DNA from: a virus | Virus record (IMG/VR): IMGVR_UViG_3300030380_006811 | Span: 1 to 64,000 of that record | Reading direction: 5' to 3' (one strand) | DNA: 64,000 nucleotides | In this document: in pieces, positions 58,623 to 64,000 of the stretch | Numbering within the stretch: the first letter of the stretch is position 1 | Layout of the letters: each line of letters opens with the position of its first letter | Notes under the pieces: model-generated | The model's input: the letters and a program-made list of their open reading frames with translations, nothing else | Databases searched by the model: none | Told to the model about the DNA's origin: nothing | Position numbers and translations under genes: made by a program

Positions 58623-58698
58623 TAAGTTTTATTAAAATATGTGTCCTAGCACATTGTTTTTCGTATATTCACGTTACAAATTATAAACTAAGTTATAT

Positions 58699-59016
58699 AT
58701 GACTACTAAAAGAAAATCTATCCAAACTATAAAGGATCCATTATTAGAACCTTATTTCATTACTAAAGATGAATATAGCTATACAGTTAAAGAAACGGTT
58801 ACCTCAAATGTTGATCACTTTAGATCTAATGGTAAAAGTAAAACTTATGAAAAATCTTTATACTACTTCCCTCAGTTTGATCAGGCTGTAAATAAAATTG
58901 CAGAATTAAAAAATACAAAAAAGGATTTTAATAGTCTTAATGAATATATTGAAAATTACAAATTAATAAGAAACCAAATTAAAAATTATACAAATGGAAT
59001 TAGAAGCACTGTTTGA
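58699..59016 (+). CDS. Hypothetical protein
   Basis: 105 aa (IKDPLLEPYFI.KD). Confidence 0.55.
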   Translation: MTTKRKSIQTIKDPLLEPYFITKDEYSYTVKETVTSNVDHFRSNGKSKTYEKSLYYFPQFDQAVNKIAELKNTKKDFNSLNEYIENYKLIRNQIKNYTNGIRSTV

Positions 59017-59362
59017 TGCAGTTATAGTTAAACCTCAAGAAATAGAAGAAACCACTTATGGATCTATTATTGTTCCTGATATTGGGAAGGATAGAAATGA
59101 GCACGGTACAGTAATAGCTGTTGGTCCAGGAAGACCAACCCAAATGGGGGGATTTATAGAAACCACAGTTAAACCTGGGGATAAAGTAATATTACCTACT
59201 GTTGGTTTTACAAAACTTCAACATGAAGGAGACGAATATTATATAGGCCCAGAAAACCAAATTTTAGCCAAAGTAAAACAAAAAATACAAGTTTCGGAAT
59301 TATTGGAAGAAACTAAAGAAACATTAACTGAAGAAGAAATTAAAGATTTATCAAATGAGTAA
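58994..59362 (+). CDS. groES: Co-chaperonin GroES
   Basis: L.D.VIVKP...E.T.G.IIVPD, G.VIAVGPG, VKPGDKV. Confidence 0.9.
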   Translation: MELEALFDAVIVKPQEIEETTYGSIIVPDIGKDRNEHGTVIAVGPGRPTQMGGFIETTVKPGDKVILPTVGFTKLQHEGDEYYIGPENQILAKVKQKIQVSELLEETKETLTEEEIKDLSNE

Positions 59363-60977
59363 ACAAGTTGTTTTAGGTTCTGAAGCAAGAACCAATTTAG
59401 TAAAAGGAATTGATATATTAGCAGATGCGGTAGTATCAACATTAGGCCCAAATGGTAGAAATGCAGTTATAGCAAACGATCAGGGTGCTCCACAATCTAC
59501 TAAAGATGGAGTTACAGTTGCAAAATCAATTTCATTAAAGGATCCTAACCAAGAATTAGGAGTTCAATTAGTAAAACAAGCTGCAATTAAAACAGCTGAA
59601 AAAGCAGGTGATGGTACTACAACATCTACTTTATTAGCTAGAGAAATGATTAAAGCAGGATTAACAGCTTTAAATAATAATGAAAATGCAGTTCAAATTA
59701 AAAGAGATATAGATGCTACTGTTAAAGAGGTAGTCAATAATCTAAAAAATAATATTGCGGAAGATATTTCAGGTGAGGAACAATTAGAACAAATCGCTAC
59801 AATATCAGCAAATAATGATCCTGAAACTGGAAAATTAATTGCTACTGCAATAGAAAAAGTTGGAATGGAAGGGGTTGTCCACATAGAAGAATCTCGTACA
59901 GGTGAAACCTACTTAGAAACTGTTGAAGGGTTACAGTTTGATCGAGGTTATAAATCACCTTATTTTGTTACAAATAACAATACTATGACTGCCACACTGG
60001 ACAATCCCTTAATTCTAATAGCAGATCAAAAAATAACCCAAGTAAAAGAACTATTGCCTATTTTAGAGAGTGTATCTTCACAAGCAAAATCTTTATTAAT
60101 TATTGCTGAAGATATTGATAATGAAGCACTAGCAACTCTTATTGTTAATAAAATGAGAGGTACAATGAAAGTATGTGCTGTTAAAGCTCCTGATTTTGGT
60201 GATAGAAGAAAATTAGTTCTAGAAGATATAGCAATTACAACTGGTGGTCAAGTCTTTAGTAAAGAAAAAGGAATGAGGTTTGATAAATTTAGTTGGGAAT
60301 GGTTTGGTGAAGCTAGAACAGCAACAATAGGTAAAGAACAAACAACAATAGTAGATGGAAAAGGAACAGTTGAATCAATTGAAACACGTATTGAAGAACT
60401 ACAGCAACAAATCGACAAAGCAACAACGCCGTTCGAAGTCGAAAAACTCCAAGAAAGACTGGCAAAATTCGTCGGAGGAGTAGCTATAATTCATGTAGGA
60501 GGAAATACAGAAACTGAAATGAAAGAGAAAAAAGATAGAGTTGATGACGCATTACACGCAACAAGAGCTGCTATCGAAGAAGGAATAGTGCCCGGAGGAG
60601 GAACGGCATTATTATATGCCTCTAGTGGCATAAAAGCTAATACAACAGGTGCACAAATTGTAGTTGAAGCATGTGCTAAACCTTTTAACCAAATTTTAGT
60701 TAACGCTGGATATGATGAAGTAAAAGGACAAATTTTAGCTGATAATTTAGTTAATTCTGGTAATGATACTTGGGCAGGATTTAATATTAAAACTGAAGAA
60801 GTAGTTGATATGAAAGAAGCAGGTATTATTGATCCTACTAAAGTAGCTAGAACAGCATTACAAAATGCAGCATCAGTAGCAGGTACAGTTTTATTAACTG
60901 AATGTACAGTAGTAGATGAACCAAGTGAAGATTCAAAACAACCACAAATAGATCCATCAATGATGGGGATGATGTAA
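59355..60977 (+). CDS. groEL: Chaperonin GroEL
   Basis: TLGPNGRN, TKDGVTVAK, AGDGTTT, FDRGY.SPYF, KAPDFGDRRK, GIVPGGG, C-terminal MMGMM. Confidence 0.97.
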   Translation: MSKQVVLGSEARTNLVKGIDILADAVVSTLGPNGRNAVIANDQGAPQSTKDGVTVAKSISLKDPNQELGVQLVKQAAIKTAEKAGDGTTTSTLLAREMIKAGLTALNNNENAVQIKRDIDATVKEVVNNLKNNIAEDISGEEQLEQIATISANNDPETGKLIATAIEKVGMEGVVHIEESRTGETYLETVEGLQFDRGYKSPYFVTNNNTMTATLDNPLILIADQKITQVKELLPILESVSSQAKSLLIIAEDIDNEALATLIVNKMRGTMKVCAVKAPDFGDRRKLVLEDIAITTGGQVFSKEKGMRFDKFSWEWFGEARTATIGKEQTTIVDGKGTVESIETRIEELQQQIDKATTPFEVEKLQERLAKFVGGVAIIHVGGNTETEMKEKKDRVDDALHATRAAIEEGIVPGGGTALLYASSGIKANTTGAQIVVEACAKPFNQILVNAGYDEVKGQILADNLVNSGNDTWAGFNIKTEEVVDMKEAGIIDPTKVARTALQNAASVAGTVLLTECTVVDEPSEDSKQPQIDPSMMGMM

Positions 60978-60993
60978 AATAATTTCGTATATT

Positions 60994-61263
60994 ATGGCTA
61001 CAAAGATTGAAGAAAAAAACATATTAATTGCTAGGAGAGTACCACCTGGTGATAAATGGAGATTAGTCGCAAATGAACCAGATGGTCCTGTACATAAGTC
61101 TTTAACTGATACTTTAGAGGCTTATATGGTAAAAACTGGATTTAAAGGGCATTATAGATTAGAACCATTAAAAAGTAGTTTATATGCAATTGATTCTAAG
61201 GAAACAGAAGTAATACCAGAACCAGAAAAGAAATATAGCATTTATGGAGAATATGGATCATAG
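60994..61263 (+). CDS. Hypothetical protein
   Basis: 89 aa (IARRVPPGDKW). Confidence 0.55.
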   Translation: MATKIEEKNILIARRVPPGDKWRLVANEPDGPVHKSLTDTLEAYMVKTGFKGHYRLEPLKSSLYAIDSKETEVIPEPEKKYSIYGEYGS

Positions 61264-62170
61264 TTTATTAGTAGAGAAATTTAGACCTAAAACATTAAAT
61301 AACTACGTTGGTAATGAAAATGTTAAAAAGGCTATAGCATCCTACTTAAACCAAAATGATATACAAAATTTTATATTTTATGGACCTGCAGGTACAGGAA
61401 AAACAACATTAGCAAAGATTATTGTTAATAGCTTAGATTGCGACCATTTATACATTAATGCTTCTGATGAACGTGGTATTGAAACTATTAGGGATAAAGT
61501 CTCTAGTTTTGCATCGGTTGCTTCATTTAAACCCCTTAAAGTAGTTATTTTAGATGAAGCTGATTTTCTTACAATTCAAGCCCAAGCATCACTTAGAAAT
61601 ATAATTGAAACATTTTCACGTACTACAAGGTTTATTATGACTTGTAATTTTATAGAACGTATTATTGATCCTTTACAATCTAGATGCCAAGTACTTAAAA
61701 TTGTACCTCCAACTAAAAAAGACGTTGCTAAACATTTAAGTTGGATTTGCAATGAAGAATCAATTACACATGAAATAAGTGAGTTAGTACCTCTAGTTAA
61801 TCAATATTACCCTGATTTACGTAAATGTATTAATACTATACAGTTGTCAACTGTAGATGGTGGTGCAAATGATTTATATCTTAAATTAGATCAATCAATA
61901 TTAGTATCATCTAATTACATAGATAAAGTTATTACTGCTTTAGCCAATAAATCTAAATTTAATAATATTCGTCAAATTATAGCTGATGCTAATGTAGATG
62001 ATTTTGACGAATTATTTAGGGCATTATATGAGAGAGCATCTGAATACTTACCAGGTAAAGAGGGTACAGTTGCTATTTTAGTTAATGATCACCAATATAA
62101 AGCAAATTTCCGAATCGACAAGGAAATAAATATCATGTCGCTAATTTCAAATTTAATAAATAATAAATAA
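61244..62170 (+). CDS. gp44: Clamp loader large subunit (RFC/gp44)
   Basis: VEKFRP, GPAGTGKTT, INASDERGI, ILDEAD, LQSRC. Confidence 0.92.
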   Translation: MENMDHSLLVEKFRPKTLNNYVGNENVKKAIASYLNQNDIQNFIFYGPAGTGKTTLAKIIVNSLDCDHLYINASDERGIETIRDKVSSFASVASFKPLKVVILDEADFLTIQAQASLRNIIETFSRTTRFIMTCNFIERIIDPLQSRCQVLKIVPPTKKDVAKHLSWICNEESITHEISELVPLVNQYYPDLRKCINTIQLSTVDGGANDLYLKLDQSILVSSNYIDKVITALANKSKFNNIRQIIADANVDDFDELFRALYERASEYLPGKEGTVAILVNDHQYKANFRIDKEINIMSLISNLINNK

Positions 62171-62172
62171 TT

Positions 62173-62415
62173 ATGGAACAACCGGTTCAACAACCTAAAA
62201 TTGATTTATCAAACACTACTGCCTTAAAAAATTTTGATGGTGGTGATACTTTTAAACAAGCATTTATAATCAGAAAAGTCTCTAGATTTGTAACAGGTAC
62301 AGATGAAGACGCTATGATGCCAATTCCAGTGTTTGTATGCACAGAATCAGGAAAAATTGTAGGAGAAGGATTACCACCTGAATTAAGAGAAGAATATAAG
62401 GATCAACTTCTTTAA
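62173..62415 (+). CDS. Hypothetical protein
   Basis: 80 aa (IRKVSRFVTGT..D...PIPVF.C). Confidence 0.55.
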   Translation: MEQPVQQPKIDLSNTTALKNFDGGDTFKQAFIIRKVSRFVTGTDEDAMMPIPVFVCTESGKIVGEGLPPELREEYKDQLL

Positions 62416-62831
62416 TGAAAAATATTTTTGATTGGTTAAAAGCAATTAATACTACAAAACCTCCCGTAGAGTCCTTTACAGATAAAGATTGGGAGGTTTG
62501 GAATAGTTATATGATTCATAGATTTATTAGTATGAATCTTGATTATTTAGATATAGTAAATTATGTTCAAGAATTTCCTCCACAGGAGAAAAAAATGATT
62601 TATAATATCTATAAAGAATTTATTCCTAAAAACAGTAAATGGAATAAATATATTAAATCAAGCAATAAAGAACCAAATAAAGATTTAGTAGAACACATTA
62701 AAAACTATTACGAATGTTCAGTAAGAGAGGCAAAAGAATATTTATGTATATTAGACCAAATAGATATAAAAAGTATATTATCTAGTATGGGATTAGAAAA
62801 AAAAGAAATAACTAAATTAATTAAATTATGA
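62415..62831 (+). CDS. Clamp loader small subunit-like (gp62-like)
   Basis: IFDWL..I..K, YMIHRFISM, IKNYYECS..EA.EYL. Confidence 0.6.
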   Translation: MKNIFDWLKAINTTKPPVESFTDKDWEVWNSYMIHRFISMNLDYLDIVNYVQEFPPQEKKMIYNIYKEFIPKNSKWNKYIKSSNKEPNKDLVEHIKNYYECSVREAKEYLCILDQIDIKSILSSMGLEKKEITKLIKL

Positions 62832-63055
62832 ATTTACAAGTGTATAAATTTTTAAAATCTGAAGCTGAAGCTGATAAAAATAAAGCTTTAGCAAGTATAG
62901 AATTACTAACTAACCATCCAGCGGGAATAGGTGATCATTCAACTAAAGACTATTGGGATAATTGCACTGAAGCATTAAAATTATTATCTTCTGCAGATGA
63001 AAGGTTAGAAATTTTAGAAAAATATTTTCAAATTAAAGATCAAGTTAATGGGTGA
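62828..63055 (+). CDS. Hypothetical protein
   Basis: 75 aa (PAGIGDHS). Confidence 0.55.
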   Translation: MNLQVYKFLKSEAEADKNKALASIELLTNHPAGIGDHSTKDYWDNCTEALKLLSSADERLEILEKYFQIKDQVNG

Positions 63056-63518
63056 TAGTGTAAGTAAGTACTATGAATTAGTTAGTGAAGAAGAATTTGA
63101 TAAATTAGTTGAAAATGATAAAGCTGATTTGGGAGCATCTTTAGAAAAACAAGCTAAGCATACTAATTGGGAAGAAGAATATATGGATGTTATAACTCAC
63201 TTTGAAAAGGAATACCCAGAATTATCATCTGAATTTAAATTAATCCAAAAAGAAATGTATGATATGTTTGCTCGCAAACATATGGATTATGGTTTAAATA
63301 ATATTGCTTTAGGTGGTGATTTAACTAATGCGGAAGATAAAAAATTTTCACTTACTGGTTTAGCAATTAGATTAACTGATAAAATTAGTAGATTAAAAAA
63401 CCTCCTTATTAACGGCAAAAATTTTGTTGAAGGTGAAGGAATGGAAGATACGTTTATTGATATAGCCAATTATGGAATAATTGGATTGTTAGTAGGACGT
63501 GACAAATGGAAAAAATAA
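63048..63518 (+). CDS. DUF1599 / nucleotide-modification-associated domain protein
   Basis: FARKHMDYG, IRLTDKISRL.NL, E..EDTFIDIANYGII. Confidence 0.7.
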   Translation: MGDSVSKYYELVSEEEFDKLVENDKADLGASLEKQAKHTNWEEEYMDVITHFEKEYPELSSEFKLIQKEMYDMFARKHMDYGLNNIALGGDLTNAEDKKFSLTGLAIRLTDKISRLKNLLINGKNFVEGEGMEDTFIDIANYGIIGLLVGRDKWKK

Positions 63519-63521
63519 ATT

Positions 63522-64000
63522 TTGGCTAGAAAAATACCTAGAATAGTTAGGGAAATTAGAAATAATCCACCCCAAGAGATTAATTTTGCTTATCAAAAAA
63601 ATGTCTCTTATTCGCAAATGTCTATATTTCGTAGTTGTCCCCATCGTTGGAAATTACAATATAAAGATAAAATTAGGGTATTTACATCTTCAATTCATAC
63701 TGTATTTGGGACAGCCATCCATGAGGTATTACAACATTATTTAGATATAATGTTTGATACTAGTGCTGCTAATGCCGATAGAATTGATTTAGAAGAATTA
63801 TTCCAAGAAAAATTTATTGGCGAATACCAAAACCAATATAAAAGAAATAATAATCAACATTTTTCATCTGCTGAAGAAATGAGGGAATTTTTTGAAGATG
63901 GAGTTGGGATCCTAAATTGGTTTAAAAAGAAAAGATCTAGATATTTTTCAAGAAGAGGTTATCATTTAGTAGGATGTGAGTTACCTATAATAATTTCTCC
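63522..64000 (+). CDS. PD-(D/E)xK (RecB/Cas4-like) exonuclease, TTG start, runs off the window
   Basis: Translated by hand: VSYSQMSIFRSCPHRWKLQYKD...SIHTVFGTAIHEVLQ. Confidence 0.7.
   Translation, partial: MARKIPRIVREIRNNPPQEINFAYQKNVSYSQMSIFRSCPHRWKLQYKDKIRVFTSSIHTVFGTAIHEVLQHYLDIMFDTSAANADRIDLEELFQEKFIGEYQNQYKRNNNQHFSSAEEMREFFEDGVGILNWFKKKRSRYFSRRGYHLVGCELPIIIS

Noticed and set aside
1-64000. Stop-codon reassignment (alternative genetic code)
   Set aside because: Genes are full length under the standard code, and TAG, TAA and TGA all terminate conserved proteins at expected positions

Overview
64 kb of a large, AT-rich, T4-like (myovirus-type) dsDNA phage genome. Essentially every credible gene is on the + strand. 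The host is probably a Bacteroidota/Flavobacteriia member, inferred from TTTG-N19/20-TAnnTT promoters, A-rich starts without Shine-Dalgarno sequences, and a T9SS-type cargo gene. Gene order: head (scaffold, gp23 capsid, PhoH, neck); a sugar-modification island with a 1244-aa multi-domain glycosyl/heptosyltransferase; contractile tail and baseplate; replication genes (PolA-like, gp32, UvsX, 5'-3' exonuclease, helicase, NrdB/NrdA); an envelope/lysis block (T9SS cargo, beta-barrel, holin/endolysin candidates); a 7-deazaguanine cluster (DpdA-like, QueC/D/E, FolE, flavodoxin, PRTase, MazG-like) abutting a split family-B DNA polymerase; then clamp, Hsp20, GroES/GroEL and clamp loader. The best candidates for undescribed biology are: a possible nucleotide-level deazaguanine substitution pathway feeding the split PolB; a virion O-glycosylation system with a recurrent [S/T]-G-S motif; a phage-encoded T9SS cargo/outer-membrane module; an initiator-like tRNA with a 39-nt anticodon-loop insertion; and a +1 frameshift in the tail chaperone. 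All functional calls come from motif recognition by eye; no searches were run.
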